Positions 1-9,911 are shown, numbered from the stretch's first letter. The stretch: DNA of 64,000 nt from Acidobacteriota bacterium (GCA_040007095.1 JBDTVS010000058.1:15719-79718); one strand, 5' to 3'. Numbers and translations are program-made. Notes: a model not told the origin generated them from the sequence alone.

Positions 1-7
1 CGACCCG

Positions 8-1636
8 CTACTCGACCACGAAATTCACGAGCACGTGGATGTTCGCCTCGACCGGCACGCCGTCCAGTCGCACCTGCGTGAATTGCCAGAGACGAAGAGC
101 CTCGACCGTCGCACTCGCGAAATCCGGATCGGCCGGAGCGAGGACCCGAAAGTCCTTGATGAATCCGTCCGTGCCGATGCGGCCATCCACCTCCACCTTG
201 CCGGAGGTGCCCGAGGCGACGTGGGCCTGCGGGTACCGCGGCCGGGCATCGGCGATCCTGAGCGGTGGCTTGATACACCCACCGGTGGTCACCTGGCTGC
301 ACCGGTCGAAGTCCGACTGGGCAACCTGCCGCGCGGCGCGGGGGGCAGTCGGAATCTCCTTGCTCGAGATGGACACCGTCTCCTGAATGCCACCGATCTG
401 CAGCGCCACATCGCGATCGAGCACCTGGCCGGCGGCGAGCGTCAGCCGACCTTGCGAAGTGTCGAAGCCTGGCAACCGCGCCCCCAGCTGGTACTCGCCG
501 GCGGGCAGACCGGTCAGCGCGAAATGACCGGCCTCGTCGCTCTGCGCCTCGTATTTCTGTTTCGTCCGGGCACTCGTCAGCACCAGTGCAACATTTGGAA
601 GGATGCGGCCGACCGCGTCGATGAGGGAACCGGAGAAGGTGGCAGTGGCCGTCTGCGCGGAAGCCACAAGGCCGGCGAGCGGCAACGTCAGGCAGACGAG
701 TGCGATGACGATCGCGACGGCGTTGCACCAGGTGATTGGCGTGCGATTGAGACGGGTATTCAACATGGCGCTGACTCTCCTTTCAAGGCTGGACGGACGA
801 GCCATGGCCGGCGCGGGAAACACCGTGGCTTCGTACCCTTTGAACGCGCGCGCGACCGCCAACAGGTGAGTGGCGTATTCCGGACCGTTCACGCCGAGGC
901 CGAGCACGGCGTCGTCGCAGGCCTGCTCGCTTTCCTGGCGCAGCCGCCTGACGACGATCCACACGAGCGGGTTGAACCAATACACCGCGCGGAGCAGCTC
1001 GGCGAGAACCTGCACGAGCCAGTCGCGGCGCAGGACGTGCGCCAGTTCGTGGCCGAGCACGATGCGGACGCGGTCCTCGGGCCACTCGAAGGCGTCCGGC
1101 GGCAGGATGACCTTCGGCGGACGCAGGCCCCACGTCGCCAGCAGCGTGGGATGGCTGCTCCGCAGGAGCAGGACCGGGCGGCGCAGCCCGTAGTCGCGCG
1201 ACAGCCGGGCGGTCAGTTCGGTCCAGGCACCGTGCTCGACTCGTGAAGAGCCCGATGCCAGCCACGCCAACCGTGCAAGCCCGACGAGCAGTAACAGGAG
1301 ACTGACCGCCGTGCCCGCCATCCACACCATGCCGAGGGCACGGGCGGCGGTCAGAGACCGGGCCGGAGCGGCGCCGGCATTTGACGCGGGACCCGCCGCC
1401 TCGTCTGCCTGCGCCATCCGAATGGGAATGAACAGCGTCAATGGCTCGGCCGATCGACCGAGCCACGCGGAGTCTACCGGCACATGCCACGACGGCACGA
1501 CGAGCTCCAGCAGCGGCGTCGCCGCCGCGCACGCGATTGTCACCGCCAGCACCCAATGCCGGACGGCCGCCGATCTCCGGCGCAGCAGCGCGGTGGCTGC
1601 CAGGCCCAACGAGACGATGAGCGACACCTTCATCAT
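8..1636 (-). CDS. BlaR1-like M56 zinc-metallopeptidase sensor fused to a CarboxypepD_reg-like domain and a TonB C-terminal domain
   Basis: 542-aa ORF. N-terminal TM helices and an HEXXH motif (GHELAHVLRRD). A mid-protein Ig-like segment (GHFALTGLPAGEYQL). C-terminal TonB_C-like segment (RPRYPQ...GKVEVDGRIGTDG). Overlaps the upstream blaI-like gene by 4 nt. Confidence 0.85.
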   Translation of the reverse strand: MMKVSLIVSLGLAATALLRRRSAAVRHWVLAVTIACAAATPLLELVVPSWHVPVDSAWLGRSAEPLTLFIPIRMAQADEAAGPASNAGAAPARSLTAARALGMVWMAGTAVSLLLLLVGLARLAWLASGSSRVEHGAWTELTARLSRDYGLRRPVLLLRSSHPTLLATWGLRPPKVILPPDAFEWPEDRVRIVLGHELAHVLRRDWLVQVLAELLRAVYWFNPLVWIVVRRLRQESEQACDDAVLGLGVNGPEYATHLLAVARAFKGYEATVFPAPAMARPSSLERRVSAMLNTRLNRTPITWCNAVAIVIALVCLTLPLAGLVASAQTATATFSGSLIDAVGRILPNVALVLTSARTKQKYEAQSDEAGHFALTGLPAGEYQLGARLPGFDTSQGRLTLAAGQVLDRDVALQIGGIQETVSISSKEIPTAPRAARQVAQSDFDRCSQVTTGGCIKPPLRIADARPRYPQAHVASGTSGKVEVDGRIGTDGFIKDFRVLAPADPDFASATVEALRLWQFTQVRLDGVPVEANIHVLVNFVVE

Positions 1637-2064
1637 CGAACGCCATCCTTTCTGGCTTTTGCGACCAGGTCAGCGATCCGTTTCAGGTCCTCGTTGGAGA
1701 GGCGCCTGGCTTCCCCGCCGAGGACGGCGGCCACGACCTGCTCCGCGGATCCATCGAAAAACGTGTCCACGAGATGGCGCAAAGCGGACTTCCGTGCCGC
1801 GGCGCGGGGGACGGCAGGCGCGTAGACGTAGCGCACGCCGTCCTCTTCGTGACGCACGTGTCCCTTTTCTTCGAGCACTCGCAGCTGGGTTCGCACCGTC
1901 GAGTAGTTGGGCGTGCCGGACAGGTCGTCCATGACCTCGCTGGCGGTGGCGCGACCGCGGCGATAGAGAATGTCCACGATCTGACGCTCCCGCCGCGACA
2001 GCGCCGGATGGGTCGAGACGCGGGTCGAGGGGTTGGATGCCGAGGGGTTGGATGTTCTGGCCAT
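1633..2064 (-). CDS. blaI: BlaI/MecI/CopY family transcriptional repressor
   Basis: 143-aa ORF with a winged-helix segment (LSRRERQIVDILYRRGRATASEVMDDL...YSTVRTQLRVLEEKGHV) typical of the family. Translationally coupled to the M56 sensor gene downstream. Confidence 0.9.
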   Translation of the reverse strand: MARTSNPSASNPSTRVSTHPALSRRERQIVDILYRRGRATASEVMDDLSGTPNYSTVRTQLRVLEEKGHVRHEEDGVRYVYAPAVPRAAARKSALRHLVDTFFDGSAEQVVAAVLGGEARRLSNEDLKRIADLVAKARKDGVR

Positions 2065-2066
2065 GT

Positions 2067-2100
2067 GTTATTTTCGTAGCATATATGCTACGAAAATAAC
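2067..2100. promoter_or_regulatory. Perfect 34-bp palindrome, candidate BlaI operator overlapping the promoter and leader
   Basis: GTTATTTTCGTAGCATA|TATGCTACGAAAATAAC is an exact reverse complement of itself. It is AT-rich in a GC-rich genome and ends 3 nt upstream of the blaI-like start codon. Confidence 0.6.
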
Positions 2101-2141
2101 ATGTCAAGCGCGGACGACGGCGGGGCGCGGGCAGATTCGAT

Positions 2142-3041
2142 TCAATGCGCGGTCGTGGAGACCGGCGTCACGCTGACCCCGACGTGCAGCGTGTGGTCCT
2201 GCCCGCCGAGCACCACACCCCGCAGCGGGCTCACGTCCGCGTAGTCGCGTCCCCACGCCAGGACCACGTGGCGCAGCGCCGGCAGCAGACCGTTGGTCGG
2301 ATCCAGATCCACCCAGCCCTGCCGGGAGCACCACACCGCGAGCCAGGCGTGCGACGCGTCGGCGCCGACCAGACGGGGCTGACCGGGCGGCGGATCGGTC
2401 AGCAGATACCCACTCACATAGCGGGCCGCCAACCCCAGCGCGCGCATGCTGGCAATCTGCAGATGCGCGAAATCCTGACAGACGCCATGCCGGTCCTCGA
2501 GCACGCGGCTCACGGGCGTGGCGATCGACGTCGCTCGCGCATCGAAAATGAATTCACGGTGAATGCGATGCATCAGGTCTACCGCGCCGGCCAGGAACGG
2601 ACGTCCCGGCTTGAACGACTTGGCGGCATACGCAGCCAGTTGCGGATCCGGGGTCGCGTACGGCGACGGATAGCTGAACTGGACGGCCTCCTGATACGCA
2701 GCGCTCCTCTTATAGAGCAGCGCGTCCCGTACGACCTCCCAGGCCTCGCTCGCGTCCGGATCGACCTTCGTCTCCGGCGGCCGCACCTCGACCAGGCTGC
2801 GGCTGACCGCGCGCATCCCTTCGTACGGCGTGAGGATGGTGAACTGATCCACCGTGTTCCCGAAGTAGTCGGTGCGCCGGTTCCGATTCGACGGGGCGGG
2901 CTCGACGATCAGATCGTGCGTGTGCAGGCGCTGGCGGGGCAATTCGCGCGGCGTGAGATACGCCACGTGCTGCGAGGTCGACGCACGGCCGGCGTGACGG
3001 TACCGCGTCTCGTGTTCGATCCGATAGAGCGCCGTGGTCAT
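2142..3041 (-). CDS. Transglutaminase family protein (bacterial transglutaminase N-terminal domain plus transglutaminase core)
   Basis: 299 aa. N-terminus 'YRIEHETRYRH' is typical of Bact_transglu_N. Core Cys motif 'GVCQDFAHLQIASMRALGLAARYVSGY', then 'SHAWLAVW' (His) and 'VDLDPTN' (Asp). Confidence 0.85.
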   Translation of the reverse strand: MTTALYRIEHETRYRHAGRASTSQHVAYLTPRELPRQRLHTHDLIVEPAPSNRNRRTDYFGNTVDQFTILTPYEGMRAVSRSLVEVRPPETKVDPDASEAWEVVRDALLYKRSAAYQEAVQFSYPSPYATPDPQLAAYAAKSFKPGRPFLAGAVDLMHRIHREFIFDARATSIATPVSRVLEDRHGVCQDFAHLQIASMRALGLAARYVSGYLLTDPPPGQPRLVGADASHAWLAVWCSRQGWVDLDPTNGLLPALRHVVLAWGRDYADVSPLRGVVLGGQDHTLHVGVSVTPVSTTAH

Positions 3042-3240
3042 CTAAGTACTCCCGGCAGCTTCGGCGATCCCGGCGGGCAGCGGCCAGCAGCCCGTGCTGA
3101 AAGTGCAGCGTCGCACCAAGGCGGACGAGTCGGGCGAGTCGGACGAGGCGCCCGGATCGCCAGGCGCGACACGCGAGAATACCGGGGATCTACGGGCCCT
3201 TACCGCGGGCTGCCAGGCAGTGGGATCGATCACGGCTGGC

Positions 3241-5826
3241 TCAGACGGCCACCGTTGCGCGCGGCAGATCGTCCACATGCGAAAAATAGCGCAGCGTCAA
3301 CGCATCGGACACCCGCGAGACCAGGCGTTCGGCGTCGAGCAGCAACTGCGCGACCGACGGCCCGCCGCCGAACAGCTCGCCTTGCGCCCCATAGACCGCG
3401 CGACAGGCGTCGTGCAGGTGATCGACCTCGCCGATCACTTCGATCAGATTGGCATCCGGCAGCAGCCGCAGATGCTTGGCCAGCTTGGCCAGTTGAAACC
3501 GGGCCGATCGTGGATGGCGCTCGTCGAACAGCACGAGGTCGACGACCGACTGCCACTCGGGATGCTGCATATGGCGCACGCGATACGTGAGCAGGCTATC
3601 CGAGAGCTCGAGCAGCCATTCGAGAATCGCAGGATCGGCCGACACCAGCTCCAGCGCGACGTCGTCGAGCGTGGTGGCGACAAAGCGCAGACGCTCGAGG
3701 TGGCGGCCGAGGCTCAGGAATCGCCAGCCGTCGTCCCGGGTCATGTGCGCCATCTCGAGGCCGCCGACCGCGACCAACGCGATGAGCGAGTTGTCGATCA
3801 GCTCGAGGGCGTCGTCGAGATCGACCGGATCCGCCGTCCAGACGGGGAACAGTTGGATCAGCCGATTGAGCAGACGCCAGTTATCGGTCGACAGCCGGTC
3901 GCGCACCGCGCCGGCGGCGCGGACCGTTTGTTCGATATTGAAGCCCAGACTCCGTTTGAGCTGGCGATCGAAGATGCCGTCGATGAGGTCGCGTACCGAA
4001 CCCGCCATGACCTTGTCCGGATCCGCGGCGGCGCTCGCCAGTGCGCGGGCCTCTCGCGGCGGCAGCAGTTGCTGCCGCTCGCAGGCCCTGAGGAACGCCG
4101 GCCGCAGTCCCCCGGGGAAGCGGCTATCGTCGGTCAGGTGGCCGAGCACGGCACGCAGAAGCCGGGCGCTGTTCTCGCTGCGCTCGGCGTACCGGCCGAG
4201 CCAGAACAGGTTCTCCGCCGCCCGGCTCGAGGTCGTCAGCTCGCCCGCGGCCTCTCGGAGCGTCGCGCGTCGTTCAACCGGCGGCGCCGGTTCGACCGGT
4301 GCGTCGGACAGGATCCACGTGTCTTTGCTGCTGCCGCCGCGCTGCCCCGACACCACCTGGCGATCGGCGCCGGCAATACGCGACAGTCCGCCCGGCATCA
4401 AGCGGTAGTCGCCGTGGCCATCGGTCAGCAGAAAGACGCGCAACATCAGCGCCCGGCTCGCCAGACGGTCCTCGTGCCAGACCGGTGCGTGCGAGAGCGG
4501 CAGGAACTCCTCGACTACGTATCCGTCCGGGCTCTCGCCCAGGCGATCGTTCCACTCGCGCCGTTCTCGCGCATCGAGCGCCGAGGCGAACACCGGTTCC
4601 ATCGACGCATTGGCAAACGCCGACTTGATCACGCCTTCAGCCAGGCGACGGCGGGCGTCCTCGAGCGCCGCCGTTTCACCACACCACCACGTCGCCAGCG
4701 CCGGCGTCTCGAGCTTTTCGCCGAGCAGCCTGGCGCAGATCGGCGGCAGGAACCCGAGCAGGGCGGGTGATTCGAGCACGGCCATGCCGAACGCATTCGC
4801 GACCAGCACGTTGCCCGCACGCCACGCTTGAAGGAGCCCCGTAATCCCGAGCGTCGATTCCGGGCGCAGTTCCAGCGGGTCGCAGTAGTCGTCGTCCAGA
4901 CGTCTGAGAATCGCGTGGACCGGACGCAAGCCGGACACCGTTTTCAGGAACACCCGGTCCTGACGCACGGTGAGATCGCCGCCCTCCACCAGCGGAAATC
5001 CCAGCTGGCGCGCGAGATACGCATGTTCGAAATAGGTCTCGTTGTAGGGCCCGGGCGTCAACAGCACGACGTGCGGCGATTGGTCCTGGACCGGCGCGCC
5101 TTCAAGCAGCGTGTCGCGCAGCGCCTGAAAAAATGGCGCCAGGGCGTGCACGCGCATCGTGCGGAAGGCGTCGGGAAAAACACGCGACATGATCGCGCGG
5201 TTCTCCAAGGCATAGCCGACGCCAGAGGGCGCCTGCGTCCGCGTGCCGACCACGCGCCAGCGGCCGTCGGGACCGCGCGCCAGATCGAAAGCGACCAGAT
5301 GTAGAAAAATGCCGTTCGCCGGTGCGACCCCGTGGCACTCGCGGAGAAACCCCGGATGTCTGAAGACCAGGGCCGGTGGGAGCAGCCCCTCGCGCAGCAA
5401 TGTCTGGGGACCGTAGAGGTCGGCGGCCACCGCGTTCAGCAACCGGGCCCGCTGGCGAAGACCCCGCGCCAACTGCTCCCACTCCACCGTCGGAACGAGC
5501 AGCGGCAGCACGTCGAGCGTCCACGGACGACCTGGCCCATCGGGCGTCGCATAGACGTTGTAGGTGACGCCGTTCTCCCCGATCTGCCGCGCGACACGCT
5601 TCTGCGCCTGGGCGAAATAGTCGGCGTTGAGATCGCCGGTCGCGGCGGCGAATTCCGCCCAGGAGGGGCGCAGCACGCGGGAGCCGGTGAGCAGCTCGTC
5701 GAAGTGACCGTCGGGGACCGAATACGCGGGCAGAAGCGGCCAGACTTCTCCGGTGAAGTGCGTCTCGTCAGGCGCAGAGTCAGGCGTGCCGAGTGATCCG
5801 GTGGAAGATTGGCTCTGGCTCTGCAT
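3241..5826 (-). CDS. Circularly permuted ATP-grasp (type 2) protein fused to an alpha-E domain
   Basis: 861 aa. The N-terminal ~480 aa match my memory of the CP_ATPgrasp_2 family (..GVTYNVY.., ..LLTPGPYNETYFEHAYLARQLG.., ..AFGMAVLESPALLGFLP..). The C-terminal ~300 aa are helical alpha-E-like (..ENLFWLGRYAERSE..). It sits between two transglutaminase genes, as in the known conserved operon. Confidence 0.8.
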   Translation of the reverse strand: MQSQSQSSTGSLGTPDSAPDETHFTGEVWPLLPAYSVPDGHFDELLTGSRVLRPSWAEFAAATGDLNADYFAQAQKRVARQIGENGVTYNVYATPDGPGRPWTLDVLPLLVPTVEWEQLARGLRQRARLLNAVAADLYGPQTLLREGLLPPALVFRHPGFLRECHGVAPANGIFLHLVAFDLARGPDGRWRVVGTRTQAPSGVGYALENRAIMSRVFPDAFRTMRVHALAPFFQALRDTLLEGAPVQDQSPHVVLLTPGPYNETYFEHAYLARQLGFPLVEGGDLTVRQDRVFLKTVSGLRPVHAILRRLDDDYCDPLELRPESTLGITGLLQAWRAGNVLVANAFGMAVLESPALLGFLPPICARLLGEKLETPALATWWCGETAALEDARRRLAEGVIKSAFANASMEPVFASALDARERREWNDRLGESPDGYVVEEFLPLSHAPVWHEDRLASRALMLRVFLLTDGHGDYRLMPGGLSRIAGADRQVVSGQRGGSSKDTWILSDAPVEPAPPVERRATLREAAGELTTSSRAAENLFWLGRYAERSENSARLLRAVLGHLTDDSRFPGGLRPAFLRACERQQLLPPREARALASAAADPDKVMAGSVRDLIDGIFDRQLKRSLGFNIEQTVRAAGAVRDRLSTDNWRLLNRLIQLFPVWTADPVDLDDALELIDNSLIALVAVGGLEMAHMTRDDGWRFLSLGRHLERLRFVATTLDDVALELVSADPAILEWLLELSDSLLTYRVRHMQHPEWQSVVDLVLFDERHPRSARFQLAKLAKHLRLLPDANLIEVIGEVDHLHDACRAVYGAQGELFGGGPSVAQLLLDAERLVSRVSDALTLRYFSHVDDLPRATVAV

Positions 5827-5835
5827 TCACCCCGC

Positions 5836-8800
5836 TCAGGTTCGAAGATCCAGCGTGAACGGAAACTCGCGACTCCGTACCGGCGGCAAGACGCGGACCC
5901 TGCCGGAGGTATGGGCCAACTGTGTGAACCGCGCCAGTCGGCGGCTTTCCGCCTCCAGGCTGTTCACCGGGAGTTGTTCGGAGTTTCGTCCGCCCGGATG
6001 CATCACATGATACTGGCATCCCGCGACGGATTGATCCATCCAGGTGTCCACGATGTCGAAGGTCAGCGGCACATGCACCGGAATCGTCGGATGCAAGCCC
6101 GACGGTGGATGCCAGGCGCGATACCGTAGCCCCGACACCAGCTCGCCCTCCCGGCCCGTCGGCTGCAGCGGCAGCGTGCGACCATTGCACGTGATCGCGA
6201 ACCGATCGCCGGTCATGCCGGTGACGAGCACCTGCAACCGCTCGACCGACGAGTCCACGTAGCGCGCCGTGCCGCTGGCGGTGACCTCCTCGCCAAGCAC
6301 GTGCCAGGGCTCGAGCGCCTGCCTGAGCGTCAGGTGAATCGCGCGCACGGCCAGCTCGCCGGCGATTGGGAAGCGGAACTCGAAGTGTGGTGCGAACCAC
6401 TCCGACGACATCGCGTAGCCGGCGCGCCGTACCTCCTCGAGCACGTCTTCGAAATCCAGCCACACGAAGTACGGGAGCATGAAGCGGTCGTGCAGCTGCG
6501 TACCCCAGCGCACCAGACCCGCTTCGTACGGCTCGCGCCAGAAGCGGGCGATCAACACCCGGAGCAGCAGTTGCTGCGCCAGACTCATGCGGGCATGGGG
6601 CGGCATCTCGAACGCGCGCAGCTCGAGTAGACCGCGACGGCCCGCGGTCGAATCCGGCGAGTAGAGCTTGTCGATGCAGAACTCCGCACGGTGCGTGTTC
6701 CCCGTCAAATCGACGAGCAGATGCCGGAGCGCCCGATCCACCAGCCACGCGGGGGCGGGCGTGCCGGGGGACGGCAGCTTCGAGAACGCAATCTCCAGCT
6801 CATACAAGCTGTCGTTCCGCGCTTCGTCCACGCGCGGCGCCTGGCTCGTCGGACCGAGAAACAGTCCCGAGAACAGATACGACAGGGACGGATGGTTGTG
6901 CCAGTAGCTGATCAGGCTGCGCAGCAAATCGGGACGACGGAGGAACGGGCTGTCGGAGGGGGACCAGCCGCCCAGGACGAAGTGGTTGCCGCCGCCTGTG
7001 CCCGTGTGCCGTCCGTCCACCATGAACTTCTCGGTGGTCAAACCCACCTGACGCGCCTCTTCATACAGCGTCGTCGTCTGCTCGACGAGCTGGTCCCAAT
7101 CGGCTGCGGGCGCCACGTTGACTTCGATCACGCCAGGGTCCGGTGTGATCTGAATGTGGGGCAGCCGCTGGTCGTGCGGCGGCTGGTAGCCTTCGAGCAT
7201 CACGCGCAGGCTGAGGCGGCGGGCGGTCGATTCAATCGCCGCGACCAGATCCAGATAGCCCTCGAGCGTCGAGATCGGCGGCATGAACACGTACAACACG
7301 CCCTTGCGCGGCTCGACACAGAGCGCCGATCGCACCACCCCGTGCGCCGATTCGCCGCGCGCGGGCGCGTCGGCGGACCGTGCGGTGGCAGCGTCAGCTG
7401 CGGTGGCGGTGCCAGGCGCGTGGGCGGGCAGTAGGCCATCAGCGGCGCCGTCAACGCCGCCTTCAGCACCGATGCCGGCGGCGGTGGCGGCGTCAGGCCC
7501 CACCCCGCCGCGCCGGACGTGTGACGATTGCGCTGCGGCGTCTGCTGAGTCCGCTCCGCCGTCTGAATCCGCTCCCGCGTGTGCCGAGTCGGCTTCGCCG
7601 TGGGCCGACTTTGGCCCGGCGAGGGCCGACTCCGCCTCGGAGGGTTCCGTCCCCGGGCGCTCCTGCATCAGCGGTTGGTCGTCGGCCGCCTGATCCGATC
7701 GCGGCGGCAACGGCGCTCGCAGCGCGAACGGATCGCGCTCGAAAACCTCGTCGCGATCGCCCTTGGCCGACCAGGGCAGCGAATCGAGCGGCAGCCGCAG
7801 TCCCATCGGCGAGTCGCCAGGAAAGAGATAGAGACGCTCGGCGCGTAGAAACCACGGCCCCGTGATCCAGGGCGTCGCGCCGCCAGCATGTTTCAGCGGC
7901 AGCGCGTAGCCGACGACCGCATCGAGCCCCTGCGTGAAGATGCGGCGCAACCGATCGCGTTCGAGCTCGTCGTCCAGCCGCGCGTCGAACGGATCGACGT
8001 TCGCCGGCAGGGTGCGCTCGCGCCATAAGTAATAGAAGACGTCTTCGTAGCCGGGTTGGACGTGGGCGGTGGTCAGGTGGAGCTCGGCCGCGAGCGTGGT
8101 GATGAACCGCGCGGCGTCGGCCGCATCGTGGCCTTCGGGATGTCGCTCGTCGGCAATGAGGGCCGGGTCGCGCCAGACGGGCTCGCCATCGGCGCGCCAG
8201 TAGCACCCGAGCGTCCAGCGCGGCAACTGCTCACCCGGATACCACTTGCCTTGACCGAAGTGCAGGAATCCGCCCGCGCCGTATCGCTTTTTCAAACGCC
8301 AGAGCAAATCGGCGGCGCGAAGCCGTTTGGTTGGTCCCTGCGCGGACAGGTTCCACTCGTCGGCATCGCGATCGGTCACCGACACGAACGTCGGCTCGCC
8401 GCCCTGTGTCAACCTGACGTCCTGCCGGCCCAGGTCGCTATCCACCGCTCTGCCAAGTTCGACAATCGCCTGCCACTGTGGGTCGGTGTACGGCTTGGTG
8501 ACGCGCGGCGATTCGTAGATCCGCCGGACCGACATCTCGTGATGGAATTCCACTTCGGATTCGCTGACGCCGCCGGTCACGGGCGCGGCGCCCGTCGGGT
8601 CCGGCGTGCAGGCGAGCGGCAGATGTCCCTCCCCGGCCAGCAGACCCGACGTGGGATCGAAGCCGATCCAGCCGGCGCCAGGCAGATAGGCCTCGCACCA
8701 GGCGTGCAGATCGGTGAAATCGTGATCGGTCCCGACCGGACCGTCGATCGCCTTGATGTCGGCCGTCAGCTGAATCAGGTAGCCCGACACGAAGCGCGCG

Positions 8801-9390
8801 GCGATCCCCAGGTGTCGAAGCAGCTGCACGAGCAGCCACGTCGTGTCACGGCATGAGCCGGACGCCAGGCCGAGCGTCTGCTCGACCGTCTGCACGCCGG
8901 GATCGAGCCTGATGACGTAATGAATGTCCCGCTGGAGTTGTCGATTGATGTCGACGAGCGCGTCGATCGTACGACGGGGCTGCCGGTCGATCGTGCCGAG
9001 GTACCCGGCGAAATGCGGAGTCAGCGGCTCGGTGCGCAAGTACGGCTGCAGTTCGTGCCGCTCCCATTCTTCGTAGACGAACGGGAACATTTCCGCGGCC
9101 GGCTCGAGGAAGAAATCGAACGGATCGTAGACGGCCATCTCGGCCACGACGTCGACCTCGACGCAGAACTCCTTGACCCTCTCGGGAAAGGTCAACCGCG
9201 CCACGTAGTTGCTCTGGGGGTCCTGCTGCCAGTTGATGAAATGTCCGGCAGGCGTGATGCGCTGCGAATAGGACAGGATCGGCGTGCGGCAGTGCGGGGC
9301 CGGACGCAGGCGCACGAGCTGGGGCGACAGCGTGACCAGCCGATCGTAGCGGTACCGCGTCACGTGATTGAGGGCGATGTGAATGCTCAT
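5836..9390 (-). CDS. Large transglutaminase-family / DUF2126 protein
   Basis: The ORF track starts at 9489. I prefer the ATG at 9388-9390 (MSIHIALNHVTRYRYDR), the canonical Bact_transglu_N start. Core Cys motif 'SGSCRDTTWLLVQLLRHLGIAARFVSGY', a long DUF2126-like C-terminal region, and an internal Ala/Asp/Gly low-complexity insert. Confidence 0.85.
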   Translation of the reverse strand: MSIHIALNHVTRYRYDRLVTLSPQLVRLRPAPHCRTPILSYSQRITPAGHFINWQQDPQSNYVARLTFPERVKEFCVEVDVVAEMAVYDPFDFFLEPAAEMFPFVYEEWERHELQPYLRTEPLTPHFAGYLGTIDRQPRRTIDALVDINRQLQRDIHYVIRLDPGVQTVEQTLGLASGSCRDTTWLLVQLLRHLGIAARFVSGYLIQLTADIKAIDGPVGTDHDFTDLHAWCEAYLPGAGWIGFDPTSGLLAGEGHLPLACTPDPTGAAPVTGGVSESEVEFHHEMSVRRIYESPRVTKPYTDPQWQAIVELGRAVDSDLGRQDVRLTQGGEPTFVSVTDRDADEWNLSAQGPTKRLRAADLLWRLKKRYGAGGFLHFGQGKWYPGEQLPRWTLGCYWRADGEPVWRDPALIADERHPEGHDAADAARFITTLAAELHLTTAHVQPGYEDVFYYLWRERTLPANVDPFDARLDDELERDRLRRIFTQGLDAVVGYALPLKHAGGATPWITGPWFLRAERLYLFPGDSPMGLRLPLDSLPWSAKGDRDEVFERDPFALRAPLPPRSDQAADDQPLMQERPGTEPSEAESALAGPKSAHGEADSAHAGADSDGGADSADAAAQSSHVRRGGVGPDAATAAGIGAEGGVDGAADGLLPAHAPGTATAADAATARSADAPARGESAHGVVRSALCVEPRKGVLYVFMPPISTLEGYLDLVAAIESTARRLSLRVMLEGYQPPHDQRLPHIQITPDPGVIEVNVAPAADWDQLVEQTTTLYEEARQVGLTTEKFMVDGRHTGTGGGNHFVLGGWSPSDSPFLRRPDLLRSLISYWHNHPSLSYLFSGLFLGPTSQAPRVDEARNDSLYELEIAFSKLPSPGTPAPAWLVDRALRHLLVDLTGNTHRAEFCIDKLYSPDSTAGRRGLLELRAFEMPPHARMSLAQQLLLRVLIARFWREPYEAGLVRWGTQLHDRFMLPYFVWLDFEDVLEEVRRAGYAMSSEWFAPHFEFRFPIAGELAVRAIHLTLRQALEPWHVLGEEVTASGTARYVDSSVERLQVLVTGMTGDRFAITCNGRTLPLQPTGREGELVSGLRYRAWHPPSGLHPTIPVHVPLTFDIVDTWMDQSVAGCQYHVMHPGGRNSEQLPVNSLEAESRRLARFTQLAHTSGRVRVLPPVRSREFPFTLDLRT

Positions 9391-9668
9391 AATGGGCGCG
9401 AAGTGTGAGCACCCATTATGCATTGGAGCCGACCGCGCCCGGCAGGTCGTTCGAGTTCGATGAGGGCGATCGTTGAAGCGATCGCTCAACCCATCGACAA
9501 TTATGTCGCAATCGTCACGAGCGACCCCGTCGCGCGTGCCCCCTCGTCTGACGAATAACCTGACGCGGCCGCCGCGACTGTCTGTGTGTTTCGCGGCTGG
9601 CTGACCGGCCGACTGGCCGCCTGGGGATGGATTGACATATGTATGTCTTCCGGTACATGGTGTCGAAC

Positions 9669-9911
9669 ATGAGGACCACCGTTCGATTGGATGAGGGACT
9701 GCTGCGCCAGGCGAAGGCCGAGGCGTCGCGAAAAGGCGAGACCGTCACGGCGCTGATCGAGCGCGGCTTACGGCTGGTACTTGCGACGCCTCGCGTCCAC
9801 GGTCGCCGTGCCCGTGTGACGCTGCCGGTGTCGCGTGCCACGGGCGGCACCCATGCCGGAGTGGACCTCGACGATTCACGTGCCGTGATGGATCTGATCG
9901 ACGGACGCTAG
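9669..9911 (+). CDS. vapB: Type II antitoxin (VapB-like)
   Basis: Start chosen at MRTTVRLDEGLLRQAKAEASRKGETVTALIERGLRLVL, a typical antitoxin N-terminus. It ends 5 nt before the PIN toxin gene. Confidence 0.7.
   Translation: MRTTVRLDEGLLRQAKAEASRKGETVTALIERGLRLVLATPRVHGRRARVTLPVSRATGGTHAGVDLDDSRAVMDLIDGR

Noticed and set aside
9391-9489. 33-codon N-terminal extension of the DUF2126/transglutaminase ORF (track start 9489).
   Set aside because: The extension (MSDRFNDRPHRTRTTCRARS..) is Arg-rich and unlike the family. The internal ATG at 9390 gives the canonical 'MSIHIALNHVTRYRY' N-terminus.
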